From: Gordius albopunctatus | Taxonomy: Eukaryota | Assembly (NCBI GenBank): GCA_964276515.1 | Contig: OZ193910.1 | Location: 6,944,001 to 7,008,000 of the forward strand | Direction of reading: 5' to 3' | DNA: 64,000 nucleotides | Shown here: positions 51,126 to 64,000 of the stretch, piece after piece | Position numbering within the stretch: position 1 is the first letter of the stretch | Layout: the number at the start of each line of letters is the position of its first letter | Translations under genes and position numbers: made by a program | The notes under the pieces: generated by a model | Told to the model about the DNA's origin: nothing | Database searches by the model: none | Seen by the model: only the letters and a program-made list of their open reading frames with translations

Positions 51126-54100
51126 TCAATATCTCTTTATAAGCGTGTCTCTAGTTTTAGTGAAACAAGCTCTATGCGATCGTGATTTACAGTTAATAAT
51201 TTTTGATGACTGATCAAAAAAATGTTTTTCAAGGAATTCACCTCTTATACCGAAAACTTTCATGAGAGCTATATGGTTGAACAAAAAAATTGAAAAAATT
51301 TTGAGGTCGAAAAAAATATTATTTATCAAATTCTTTCGAAAGGGAGATGAAAAAATCTTTAAAAGTTAGTAAATATTCTTAGAATTTTGTCCTTGTTAGA
51401 ATCTTGATAGGAATTTTTGCGTTGGCGATGTTTGAGATTGAGAGAAATTAAAATTTTCGTGTGGCGTTTAGATTGATTCAATATCGCTTTATAAGCGTGT
51501 CTCTAGTTTTAGTGAAACAAGCTCTATGCGATCGTGATTTAGAGTTAATAATTTTTGATGACTGATCAAAAAAATGTTTTTCAAGGAATTCACCTTTTAT
51601 ACCGAAAACTTTCATGAGAACTATATGGTTGAACAAAAAAATTAAAACAATTTTGAGGTCGAAAAAAATATTATTTTTCATATTCTTTCGAAAGGGAGAT
51701 GAAAAAATCTTTAAAAGTTAGTAAATATTCTTAGCATTTTGTCCTTTCTTGATAGGAATTTTTGCGTGGGGGATGTTTGAGATTGAGAGAAATTAAAATT
51801 TTCGTGTTGCGTTTATATTGTTTCAATATCGCTTTATAAGCGTGTCTCTAGTTTTAGTGAAACAAGCTCTATGCGATCGTGATTTACAGTTAATAATTTT
51901 TGATGACTGATCAAAAAAATGTTTTTCAAGGAATTCACCTCTTATACCGAAAACTTTCATGAGAGCTATATGGTTGAACAAAAAAATTGAAAAAATTTTG
52001 AGGTCGAAAAAAATATTATTTATCAAATTCTTTCGAAAGGGAGATGAAAAAATCTTTAAAAGTTAGTAAATATTCTTAGAATTTTGTCCTTGTTAGAATC
52101 TTGATAGGAATTTTTGCGTTGGCGATGTTTGAGATTGAGAGAAATTAAAATTTTCGTGTGGCGTTTAGATTGATTCAATATCGCTTTATAAGCGTGTCTC
52201 TAGTTTTAGTGAAACAAGCTCTATGCGATCGTGATTTAGAGTTAATAATTTTTGATGACTGATCAAAAAAATGTTTTTCAAGGAATTCATCTCTTATACG
52301 GAAAACTTTAATGAGAGCTATATGGTTGAACGAAAAAATTGAAAAAATTTTGAGGTCGAAAAAAATATTTTTTTTCATATTCTTTCGTAAGGGAGATGAA
52401 AAAATCTTTAAAAGTTATTAAATATTCTTAGCATTTTGTCCTTGTTAGAATCTTGATAGGAATTTTTGCGTGGGGGGATGTTTTAGATTGAGAGAAATTA
52501 AAATTTAGGTGTTGCGTTTATATTGTTTCAATATCTCTTTATAAGCGTGTCTCTAGTTTTAGTGAAACAAGCTCTATGCGATCGTGATTTAGAGTTAATA
52601 ATTTTTGATGACTGATCAAAAAAATGTTTTTCAAGGAATTCATCTCTTATACGGAAAACTTTCATGAGAGCTATATGGTTGAACAAAAAAAATTAAAACA
52701 ATTTCGAGGTCGAAAAAAATATTATTTTTCATATTCTTTCGAAAGGGAGATGAAAAAATCTTTAAAAGTTAGTAAATATTCTTAGAATTTTGTCCTTGTT
52801 AGAATCTTGATAGGAATTTTTGCGTTGGTGATGTTTGAGATTGAGAGAAATTAAAATTTTCGTGTGGCGTTTAGATTGATTCAATATCGCTTTATAAGCG
52901 TGTCTCTAGTTTTAGTGAAACAAGCTCTATGCGATCGTGATTTAGAGTTAATAATTTTTGATGACTGATCAAAAAAATGTTTTTCAAGGAATTCATCTCT
53001 TATACGGAAAACTTTAATGATAGCTATATGGTTGAACAAAAAAATTGAAAAAATTTTGAGGTCGAAAAAAATATTTTTTTTCATATTCTTTCGTAAGGGA
53101 GATGAAAAAATCTTTAAAAGTTATTAAATATTCTTAGCATTTTGTCCTTGTTAGAATCTTGATAGGAATTTTTGCGTGGGGGGATGTTTTAGATTGAGAG
53201 AAATTAAAATTTAGGTGTTGCGTTTATATTGTTTCAATATCTCTTTATAAGCGTGTCTCTAGTTTTAGTGAAACAAGCTCTATGCGATCGTGATTTAGAG
53301 TTAATAATTTTTGATGACTGATCAAAAAAATGTTTTTCAAGGAATTCATCTCTTATACGGAAAACTTTAATGAGAGCTATATGGTTGAACAAAAAAATTG
53401 AAAAAATTTTGAGGTCGAAAAAAATATTTTTTTTCATATTCTTTCGAAAGGGAGATGAAAAAATCTTTAAAAGTTATTAAATATTCTTAGCATTTTGTCC
53501 TTGTTAGAATCTTGATAGGAATCTTTGCGTGGGGGGATGTTTTAGATTGAGAGAAATTAAAATTTAGGTGTTGCGTTTATATTGTTTCAATATCGCTTTA
53601 TAAGCGTGTCTCTAGTTTTAGTGAAACAAGCTCTATGCGATCGTGATTTAGAGTTAATAATTTTTGATGACTGATCAAAAAAATGTTTTTCAAGGAATTC
53701 ATCTCTTATACGGAAAACTTTAATGAGAGCTATATGGTTGAACAAAAAAAATTAAAACAATTTCGAGGTCGAAAAAAATATTATTTTTCATATTCTTTCG
53801 AAAGGGAGATGAAAAAATCTTTAAAAGTTAGTAAATATTCTTAGAATTTTGTCCTTGTTAGAATCTTGATAGGAATTTTTGCGTGGGGGGATGTTTTAGA
53901 TTGAGAGAAATTAAAATTTAGGTGTTGCGTTTATATTGTTTCAATATCTCTTTATAAGCGTGTCTCTAGTTTTAGTGAAACAAGCTCTATGCGATCGTGA
54001 TTTAGAGTTAATAATTTTTGATGACTGATCAAAAAAATGTTTTTCAAGGAATTCATCTCTTATACGGAAAACTTTCATGAGAACTATATGGTTGAACAAA

Positions 54101-57100
54101 AAAAATTAAAACAATTTCGAGGTCGAAAAAAATATTATTTTTCATATTCTTTCGAAAGGGAGATGAAAAAATCTTTAAAAGTTAGTAAATATTCTTAGAA
54201 TTTTGTCCTTGTTAGAATCTTGATAGGAATTTTTGCGTTGGCGATGTTTGAGATTGAGAGAAATTAAAATTTTCGTGTGGCGTTTAGATTGATTCAATAT
54301 CGCTTTATAAGCGTGTCTCTAGTTTTAGTGAAACAAGCTCTATGCGATCGTGATTTAGAGTTAATAATTTTTGATGACTGATCAAAAAAATGTTTTTCAA
54401 GGAATTCATCTCTTATACGGAAAACTTTAATGATAGCTATATGGTTGAACAAAAAAATTGAAAAAATTTTGAGGTCGAAAAAAATATTTTTTTTCATATT
54501 CTTTCGTAAGGGAGATGAAAAAATCTTTAAAAGTTATTAAATATTCTTAGCATTTTGTCCTTGTTAGAATCTTGATAGGAATTTTTGCGTGGGGGGATGT
54601 TTTAGATTGAGAGAAATTAAAATTTAGGTGTTGCGTTTATATTGTTTCAATATCTCTTTATAAGCGTGTCTCTAGTTTTAGTGAAACAAGCTCTATGCGA
54701 TCGTGATTTAGAGTTAATAATTTTTGATGACTGATCAAAAAAATGTTTTTCAAGGAATTCATCTCTTATACGGAAAACTTTAATGAGAGCTATATGGTTG
54801 AACAAAAAAATTGAAAAAATTTTGAGGTCGAAAAAAATATTTTTTTTCATATTCTTTCGAAAGGGAGATGAAAAAATCTTTAAAAGTTATTAAATATTCT
54901 TAGCATTTTGTCCTTGTTAGAATCTTGATAGGAATTTTTGCGTTGGCGATGTTTGAGATTGAGAGAAATTAAAATTTTCGTGTGGCGTTTAGATTGATTC
55001 AATATCGCTTTATAAGCGTGTCTCTAGTTTTAGTGAAACAAGCTCTATGCGATCGTGATTTAGAGTTAATAATTTTTGATGACTGATCAAAAAAATGTTT
55101 TTCAAGGAATTCATCTCTTATACGGAAAACTTTAAGGATAGCTATATGGTTGAACAAAAAAATTGAAAAAATTTTGAGGTCGAAAAAAATATTTTTTTTC
55201 ATATTCTTTCGTAAGGGAGATGAAAAAATCTTTAAAAGTTATTAAATATTCTTAGCATTTTGTCCTTGTTAGAATCTTGATAGGAATTTTTGCGTGGGGG
55301 GATGTTTTAGATTGAGAGAAATTAAAATTTAGGTGTTGCGTTTATATTGTTTCAATATCTCTTTATAAGCGTGTCTCTAGTTTTAGTGAAACAAGCTCTA
55401 TGCGAACGTGATTTAGAGTTAATAATTTTTGATGACTGATCAAAAAAATGTTTTTCAAGGAATTCATCTCTTATACGGAAAACTTTAATGAGAGCTATAT
55501 GGTTGAACAAAAAAATTGAAAAAATTTTGAGGTCGAAAAAAATATTTTTTTTCATATTCTTTCGAAAGGGAGATGAAAAAATCTTTAAAAGTTATTAAAT
55601 ATTCTTAGCATTTTGTCCTTGTTAGAATCTTGATAGGAATCTTTGCGTGGGGGGATGTTTTAGATTGAGAGAAATTAAAATTTAGGTGTTGCGTTTATAT
55701 TGTTTCAATATCGCTTTATAAGCGTGTCTCTAGTTTTAGTGAAACAAGCTCTATGCGATCGTGATTTAGAGTTAATAATTTTTGATGACTGATCAAAAAA
55801 ATGTTTTTCAAGGAATTCATCTCTTATACGGAAAACTTTAATGAGAGCTATATGGTTGAACAAAAAAAATTAAAACAATTTCGAGGTCGAAAAAAATATT
55901 ATTTTTCATATTCTTTCGTAAGGGAGATGAAAAAATCTTTAAAAGTTATTAAATATTCTTAGCATTTTGTCCTTGTTAGAATCTTGATAGGAATTTTTGC
56001 GTGGGGGGATGTTTTAGATTGAGAGAAATTAAAATTTAGGTGTTGCGTTTATATTGTTTCAATATCTCTTTATAAGCGTGTCTCTAGTTTTAGTGAAACA
56101 AGCTCTATGCGATCGTGATTTAGAGTTAATAATTTTTGATGACTGATCAAAAAAATGTTTTTCAAGGAATTCACCTCTTATACCAAAAACTTTCATGAGA
56201 ACTATATGGTTGAACAAAAAAATTGAAAAAATTTTGAGGTCGAAAAAAATATTATTTTTCATATTTTTTCGAAAGGGAGATGAAAAAATCTTTAAAAGTT
56301 AGTAAATATTCTTAGCATTTTGTCCTTGTTAGAATATTGATAGAAATTTATGCGTGGGGGGATGTTTTAGATTGAGAGAAATTAAAATTTAGGTGTTGCG
56401 TTTATATTGTTTCAATATCGCTTTATAAGCGTGTCTCTAGTTTTAGTGTAACAAGCTCTATGCGATCGTGATTTAGAGTTAATATATTTTTGATGACTGA
56501 TCAAAAAAATGTTTTTCAAGGAATTCACCTCTTATACCGAAAACTTTCATGAGAGCTATATGGTTGAACAAAAAAATTGAAAAAATTTTGAGGTCGAAAA
56601 AAATATTATTTTTCAAATTCTTTCGAAAGGGAGATGAAAAAATCTTTAAAAGTTAGTAAATATTCTTAGCATTTTGTCCTTGTTAGAATCTTGATAGGAA
56701 TTTATGCGTGGGGGGATGTTTTAGATTGAGAGAAATTAAAATTTTCGTGCTGCGTTTAGATTGTTTCAATATCGCTTTATAAGCGTGTCTCTAGTTTTAG
56801 TGAAACAAGCTCTATGCGATCGTGATTTAGAGTTAATAATTTTTGATGACTGATCAAAAAAATGTTTTTCAAGCAATTCACCTCTTATACCGTAAACTTT
56901 CATGAGAGCTATATGGTTGAACAAAAAAATTGAAAAAATTTTGAGGTCGAAAAAAATATTATTTTTCAAATTCTTTCGAAAGGGAGATGAAAAAATCTTT
57001 AAAAGTTAGTAAATATTCTTAGAATTTTGTCCTTGTTAGAATATTGATAGAAATTTATGCGTGGGGGGATGTTTTAGATTGAGAGAAATTAAAATTTAGG

Positions 57101-57118
57101 TGTTGCGTTTATATTGTT

Positions 57119-58530
57119 TCAATATCGCTTTATAAGCGTGTCTCTAGTTTTAGTGAAACAAGCTCTATGCGATCGTGATTTAGAGTTAATAATTTTTGAT
57201 GACTGATCAAAAAAATGTTTTTCAAGGAATTCACCTCTTCTACCGAAAACTTTCATGAGAACTATATGGTTGAACAAAAAAATTGAAAAAATTTTGAGGT
57301 CGAAAAAAATATTATTTTTCATATTTTTTCGAAAGGGAGATGAAAAAATCTTTAAAAGTTAGTAAATATTCTTAGCATTTTGTCCTTGTTAGAATATTGA
57401 TAGAAATTTATGCGTGGGGGGATGTTTTAGATTGAGAGAAATTAAAATTTAGGTGTTGCGTTTATATTGTTTCAATATCGCTTTATAAGCGTGTCTCTAG
57501 TTTTAGTGTAACAAGCTCTATGCGATCGTGATTTAGAGTTAATAATTTTTGATGACTGATCAAAAAAATGTTTTTCAAGGAATTCATCTCTTATACGGAA
57601 AACTTTCATTAGAACTATATGGTTGAACAAAAAAATTGAAAAAATTTTGAGGTCGAAAAAAATATTATTTTTCATATTCTTTCGTAAGGGAGATGAAAAA
57701 ATCTTTAAAAGTTATTAAATATTCTTAGCATTTTGTCCTTGTTAGAATCTTGATAGGAATTTTTGCGTGGGGGGATGTTTTAGATTGAGAGAAATTAAAA
57801 TTTAGGTGTTGCGTTTATATTGTTTCAATATCTCTTTATAAGCGTGTCTCTAGTTTTAGTGAAACAAGCTCTATGCGATCGTGATTTAGAGTTAATAATT
57901 TTTGATGACTGATCAAAAAAATGTTTTTCAAGGAATTCACCTCTTCTACCGAAAACTTTCATGAGAACTATATGGTTGAACAAAAAAATTGAAAAAATTT
58001 TGAGGTCGAAAAAAATATTATTTTTCATATTTTTTCGAAAGGGAGATGAAAAAATCTTTAAAAGTTAGTAAATATTCTTAGCATTTTGTCCTTGTTAGAA
58101 TATTGATAGAAATTTATGCGTGGGGGGATGTTTTAGATTGAGAGAAATTAAAATTTAGGTGTTGCGTTTATATTGTTTCAATATCGCTTTATAAGCGTGT
58201 CTCTAGTTTTAGTGTAACAAGCTCTATGCGATCGTGATTTAGAGTTAATAATTTTTGATGACTGATCAAAAAAATGTTTTTCAAGGAATTCATCTCTTAT
58301 ACGGAAAACTTTCATTAGAACTATATGGTTGAACAAAAAAATTGAAAAAATTTTGAGGTCGAAAAAAATATTATTTTTCATATTCTTTCGTAAGGGAGAT
58401 GAAAAAATCTTTAAAAGTTATTAAATATTCTTAGCATTTTGTCCTTGTTAGAATCTTGATAGGAATTTTTGCGTGGGGGGATGTTTTAGATTGAGAGAAA
58501 TTAAAATTTTCGTGCTGCGTTTAGATTGTT
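57119..58530. repeat. Dimer (706-bp) tandem duplication
   Basis: Monomer 57119 (ctcttctacc) plus 57472 (gtgtaac, cattag, tcgtaag) is repeated at 57825 plus 58178. Confidence 0.85.
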
Positions 58531-60295
58531 TCAATATCGCTTTATAAGCGTGTCTCTAGTTTTAGTGAAACAAGCTCTATGCGATCGTGATTTAGAGTTA
58601 ATATATTTTTGATGACTGATCAAAAAAATGTTTTTCAAGGAATTCACCTCTTATACCGAAAACTTTCATGAGAGCTATATGGTTTAACAAAAAAATTGAA
58701 AAAATATTGAGGTCGAAAAAAATATTATTTTTCAAATTCTTTCGAAAGGGAGATGAAAAAATCTTTAAAAGTTAGTAAATATTCTTAGAATTTTGTCCTT
58801 GTTAGAATATTGATAGAAATTTATGCGTGGGGGGATGTTTTAGATTGAGAGAAATTAAAATTTAGGTGTTGCGTTTATATTGTTTCAATATCGCTTTATA
58901 AGCGTGTCTCTAGTTTTAGTGAAACAAGCTCTATGCGATCGTGATTTAGAGTTAATAATTTTTGATGACTGATCAAAAAAATGTTTTTCAAGCAATTCAC
59001 CTCTTATACCGAAAACTTTCATGAGAGCTATATGGTTGAACAAAAAAATTGAAAAAATTTTGAGGTCGAAAAAAATATTATTTTTCAAATTCTTTCGAAA
59101 GGGAGATGAAAAAATCTTTAAAAGTTAGTAAATATTCTTAGAATTTTGTCCTTGTTAGAATCTTGATAGGAATTTTTGCGTTGGCGATGTTTGAGATTGA
59201 GAGAAATTAAAATTTTCGTGTGGCGTTTAGATTGATTCAATATCGCTTTATAAGCGTGTCTCTAGTTTTAGTGAAACAAGCTCTATGCGATCGTGATTTA
59301 GAGTTAATAATTTTTGATGACTGATCAAAAAAATGTTTTTCAAGGAATTCACCTCTTCTACCGAAAACTTTCATGAGAACTATATGGTTGAACAAAAAAA
59401 TTGAAAAAATTTTGAGGTCGAAAAAAATATTATTTTTCATATTTTTTCGAAAGGGAGATGAAAAAATCTTTAAAAGTTAGTAAATATTCTTAGCATTTTG
59501 TCCTTGTTAGAATATTGATAGAAATTTATGCGTGGGGGGATGTTTTAGATTGAGAGAAATTAAAATTTAGGTGTTGCGTTTATATTGTTTCAATATCGCT
59601 TTATAAGCGTGTCTCTAGTTTTAGTGTAACAAGCTCTATGCGATCGTGATTTAGAGTTAATAATTTTTGATGACTGATCAAAAAAATGTTTTTCAAGCAA
59701 TTCACCTCTTATACCGTAAACTTTCATGAGAGCTATATGGTTGAACAAAAAAATTGAAAAAATTTTGAGGTCGAAAAAAATATTATTTTTCAAATTCTTT
59801 CGAAAGGGAGATGAAAAAATCTTTAAAAGTTAGTAAATATTCTTAGAATTTTGTCCTTGTTAGAATATTGATAGAAATTTATGCGTGGGGGGATGTTTTA
59901 GATTGAGAGAAATTAAAATTTAGGTGTTGCGTTTATATTGTTTCAATATCGCTTTATAAGCGTGTCTCTAGTTTTAGTGAAACAAGCTCTATGCGATCGT
60001 GATTTAGAGTTAATAATTTTTGATGACTGATCAAAAAAATGTTTTTCAAGGAATTCACCTCTTATACCGAAAACTTTCATGAGAACTATATGGTTGAACA
60101 AAAAAATTGAAAAAATTTTGAGGTCGAAAAAAATATTATTTTTCATATTTTTTCGAAAGGGAGATGAAAAAATCTTTAAAAGTTAGTAAATATTCTTAGC
60201 ATTTTGTCCTTGTTAGAATATTGATAGAAATTTATGCGTGGGGGGATGTTTTAGATTGAGAGAAATTAAAATTTAGGTGTTGCGTTTATATTGTT

Positions 60296-63200
60296 TCAAT
60301 ATCGCTTTATAAGCGTGTCTCTAGTTTTAGTGTAACAAGCTCTATGCGATCGTGATTTAGAGTTAATAATTTTTGATGACTGATCAAAAAAATGTTTTTC
60401 AAGCAATTCACCTCTTATACCGAAAACTTTCATGAGAGCTATATGGTTGAACAAAAAAATTGAAACAATTTTGAGGTCGAAACAAATATTATTTTTCATA
60501 TTCTTTCGAAAGGGAGATGAAAAAATCTTTAAAAGTTAGTAAATATTCTTAGCATTTTGTCCTTGTTAGAATCTTGATAGGAATTTATGCGTGTGGGGAT
60601 GTTTTAGATTGAGAGAAATTAAAATTTTCGTGTTGCGTTTAGATTGATTCAATATCGCTTTATAAGCGTGTCTCTAGTTTTAGTGAAACAAGCTCTATGC
60701 GATCGTGATTTAGAGTTAATAATTTTTGATGACTGATCAAAAAAATGTTTTTCAAGGAATTCACCTCTTATACCGAAAACTTTCATGAGAGCTATATGGT
60801 TGAACAAAAAAAATTAAAACAATTTCGAGGTCGAAAAAAATATTATTTTTCATATTCTTTCGAAAGGGAGATGAAAAAATCTTTAAAAGTTAGTAAATAT
60901 TCTTAGAATTTTGTCCTTGTTAGAATCTTGATAGGAATTTTTGCGTTGGCGATGTTTGAGATTGAGAGAAATTAAAATTTTCGTGTGGCGTTTAGATTGA
61001 TTCAATATCGCTTTATAAGCGTGTCTCTAGTTTTAGTGAAACAAGCTCTATGCGATCGTGATTTAGAGTTAATAATTTTTGATGACTGATCAAAAAAATG
61101 TTTTTCAAGGAATTCACCTTTTATACCGAAAACTTTCATGAGAACTATATGGTTGAACAAAAAAATTAAAACAATTTTGAGGTCGAAAAAAATATTATTT
61201 TTCATATTCTTTCGAAAGGGAGATGAAAAAATCTTTAAAAGTTAGTAAATATTCTTAGCATTTTGTCCTTTCTTGATAGGAATTTTTGCGTGGGGGATGT
61301 TTGAGATTGAAAGAAATTAAAATTTTCGTGTTGCGTTTATATTGTTTCAATATCGTTTTATAAGCGTGTCTCTAGTTTTAGTGAAACAAGCTCTATGCGA
61401 TCGTGATTTACAGTTAATAATTTTTGATGACTGATCAAAAAAATGTTTTTCAAGGAATTCACCTCTTATACCGAAAACTTTCATGAGAGCTATATGGTTG
61501 AACAAAAAAATTGAAAAAATTTTGAGGTCGAAAAAAATATTATTTTTCAAATTCTTTCGAAAGGGAGATGAAAAAATCTTTAAAAGTTAGTAAATATTCT
61601 TAGAATTTTGTCCTTGTTAGAATCTTGATAGGAATTTTTGCGTTGGCGATGTTTGAGATTGAGAGAAATTAAAATTTTCGTGTGGCGTTTAGATTGATTC
61701 AATATCGCTTTATAAGCGTGTCTCTAGTTTTAGTGAAACAAGCTCTATGCGATCGTGATTTAGAGTTAATAATTTTTGATGACTGATCAAAAAAATGTTT
61801 TTCAAGGAATTCATCTCTTATACGGAAAACTTTAATGAGAGCTATATGGTTGAACAAAAAAATTGAAAAAATTTTGAGGTCGAAAAAAATATTTTTTTTC
61901 ATATTCTTTCGTAAGGGAGATGAAAAAATCTTTAAAAGTTATTAAATATTCTTAGCATTTTGTCCTTGTTAGAATCTTGATAGGAATTTTTGCGTGGGGG
62001 GATGTTTTAGATTGAGAGAAATTAAAATTTAGGTGTTGCGTTTATATTGTTTCAATATCTCTTTATAAGCGTGTCTCTAGTTTTAGTGAAACAAGCTCTA
62101 TGCGATCGTGATTTAGAGTTAATAATTTTTGATGACTGATCAAAAAAATGTTTTTCAAGGAATTCATCTCTTATACGGAAAACTTTCATGAGAACTATAT
62201 GGTTGAACAAAAAAAATTAAAACAATTTCGAGGTCGAAAAAAATATTATTTTTCATATTCTTTCGAAAGGGAGATGAAAAAATCTTTAAAAGTTAGTAAA
62301 TATTCTTAGAATTTTGTCCTTGTTAGAATCTTGATAGGAATTTTTGCGTTGGCGATGTTTGAGATTGAGAGAAATTAAAATTTTCGTGTGGCGTTTAGAT
62401 TGATTCAATATCGCTTTATAAGCGTGTCTCTAGTTTTAGTGAAACAAGCTCTATGCGATCGTGATTTAGAGTTAATAATTTTTGATGACTGATCAAAAAA
62501 ATGTTTTTCAAGGAATTCATCTCTTATACGGAAAACTTTAATGATAGCTATATGGTTGAACAAAAAAATTGAAAAAATTTTGAGGTCGAAAAAAATATTA
62601 TTTTTCATATTTTTTCGAAAGGGAGATGAAAAAATCTTTAAAAGTTAGTAAATATTCTTAGCATTTTGTCCTTGTTAGAATATTGATAGAAATTTATGCG
62701 TGGGGGGATGTTTTAGATTGAGAGAAATTAAAATTTAGGTGTTGCGTTTATATTGTTTCAATATCGCTTTATAAGCGTGTCTCTAGTTTTAGTGTAACAA
62801 GCTCTATGCGATCGTGATTTAGAGTTAATAATTTTTGATGACTGATCAAAAAAATGTTTTTAAGCAAGTCACCTCTTATACCGAAAACTTTCATGAGAGC
62901 TATATGGTTGAACAAAAAAATTGAAACAATTTTGAGGTCGAAACAAATATTATTTTTCATATTCTTTCGAAAGGGAGATGAAAAAATCTTTAAAAGTTAG
63001 TAAATATTCTTAGCATTTTGTCCTTGTTAGAATCTTGATAGGAATTTATGCGTGTGGGGATGTTTTAGATTGAGAGAAATTAAAATTTTCGTGTTGCGTT
63101 TAGATTGATTCAATATCGCTTTATAAGCGTGTCTCTAGTTTTAGTGAAACAAGCTCTATGCGATCGTGATTTAGAGTTAATAATTTTTGATGACTGATCA

Positions 63201-64000
63201 AAAAAATGTTTTTCAAGGAATTCACCTCTTATACCGAAAACTTTCATGAGAGCTATATGGTTGAACAAAAAAAATTAAAACAATTTCGAGGTCGAAAAAA
63301 TATTATTTTTCATATTCTTTCGAAAGGGAGATGAAAAAATCTTTAAAAGTTAGTAAATATTCTTAGAATTTTGTCCTTGTTAGAATCTTGATAGGAATTT
63401 TTGCGTTGGCGATGTTTGAGATTGAGAGAAATTAAAATTTTCGTGTGGCGTTTAGATTGATTCAATATCGCTTTATAAGCGTGTCTCTAGTTTTAGTGAA
63501 ACAAGCTCTATGCGATCGTGATTTAGAGTTAATAATTTTTGATGACTGATCAAAAAAATGTTTTTCAAGGAATTCACCTTTTATACCGAAAACTTTCATG
63601 AGAACTATATGGTTGAACAAAAAAATTAAAACAATTTTGAGGTCGAAAAAAATATTATTTTTCATATTCTTTCGAAAGGGAGATGAAAAAATCTTTAAAA
63701 GTTAGTAAATATTCTTAGCATTTTGTCCTTTCTTGATAGGAATTTTTGCGTGGGGGATGTTTGAGATTGAAAGAAATTAAAATTTTCGTGTTGCGTTTAT
63801 ATTGTTTCAATATCGTTTTATAAGCGTGTCTCTAGTTTTAGTGAAACAAGCTCTATGCGATCGTGATTTACAGTTAATAATTTTTGATGACTGATCAAAA
63901 AAATGTTTTTCAAGGAATTCACCTCTTATACCGAAAACTTTCATGAGAGCTATATGGTTGAACAAAAAAATTGAAAAAATTTTGAGGTCGAAAAAAATAT
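60296..64000. repeat. 7-monomer (~2460-bp) higher-order duplication, second copy truncated by the window end
   Basis: Rare variants gaaacaaatatt (~60483, ~62943), gcgtgtgggg (~60593, ~63053), the 7-bp deletion (61270, 63730) and tatcgttttata (~61355, ~63815) recur at offset 2460-2462. Confidence 0.9.

Larger units (their letters stand above)
1..64000. repeat. Tandem satellite DNA array, ~353-bp AT-rich monomer, ~183 head-to-tail copies, extends beyond both window edges
   Basis: The motif tcaatatcgctttataagcgtgtctctag recurs every 353 bp (e.g. 2706, 3059, 3412, 3765, 4118, 4471, 4824), with minor units of about 297, 345, 352 and 354 bp. Copies differ only by a few substitutions or short indels. 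No unique sequence or orientation switch was seen. Confidence 0.99.

Noticed and set aside
44191..63310. Singleton 1-bp indels in homopolymers (~44295, ~50610, ~62860, ~63300) as biological variants
   Set aside because: They are non-recurrent and lie in or next to homopolymers, so they cannot be distinguished from sequencing or consensus error.
107..63665. About 130 near-identical 62-82 aa ORFs (MKNNIFFDLK...), nearly all on the minus strand, read as a tandem gene family
   Set aside because: They are by-products of the repeat. Composition is F/K/I/N-rich from A/T runs, and I recognise no domain. The start is often TTG. Many monomers are broken by frameshifts or stops, and variants are mostly non-synonymous, so there is no sign of coding constraint.
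1..64000. CRISPR-like or other repeat-spacer array
   Set aside because: There are no unique spacers; the entire 353-bp unit is repeated. No cas or other genes are present.
1..64000. Drosophila 1.688 family (353/356/359-bp) satellite
   Set aside because: The length coincides, but from my recollection of the 359-bp consensus only a short ttttgatgac word is shared. A BLAST search is needed to exclude this formally.
1..64000. Tandem 5S rRNA, tRNA, snRNA or spliced-leader gene array
   Set aside because: No recognisable 5S or tRNA sequence, Pol III A/B/C boxes or cloverleaf is visible, and the unit is very AT-rich. An Infernal/Rfam search was not run.

Overview
The whole 64-kb window is one uninterrupted head-to-tail satellite DNA array. 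It holds about 183 copies of an AT-rich monomer of about 353 bp (~28% GC by hand count of one monomer), all in the same orientation and truncated at both window edges. I see no genes, RNA genes, transposon insertions, inversions, CRISPR spacers or unique sequence. Every ORF in the track is the same short reading frame repeated with the monomer and is not a credible gene. The interest lies in the array's internal architecture. (1) A highly homogenised core at 14.7-28.8 kb spans exactly 40 x 353 bp. (2) The older flanks on both sides share private variants, which suggests layered expansion. (3) Two recurrent, nested deletion alleles (55 bp and 7 bp) mark local higher-order repeats of 2-9 monomers. 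(4) Some monomers are mosaics of two haplotypes. (5) Compensating 1-bp indels preserve the 353-bp length in the left half. (6) The monomer is rich in short dyad symmetries and A-tracts. This fits a eukaryotic (peri)centromeric or heterochromatic satellite, but neither the organism nor centromere function can be established from sequence alone. I found no evidence for a new protein- or RNA-encoding system.
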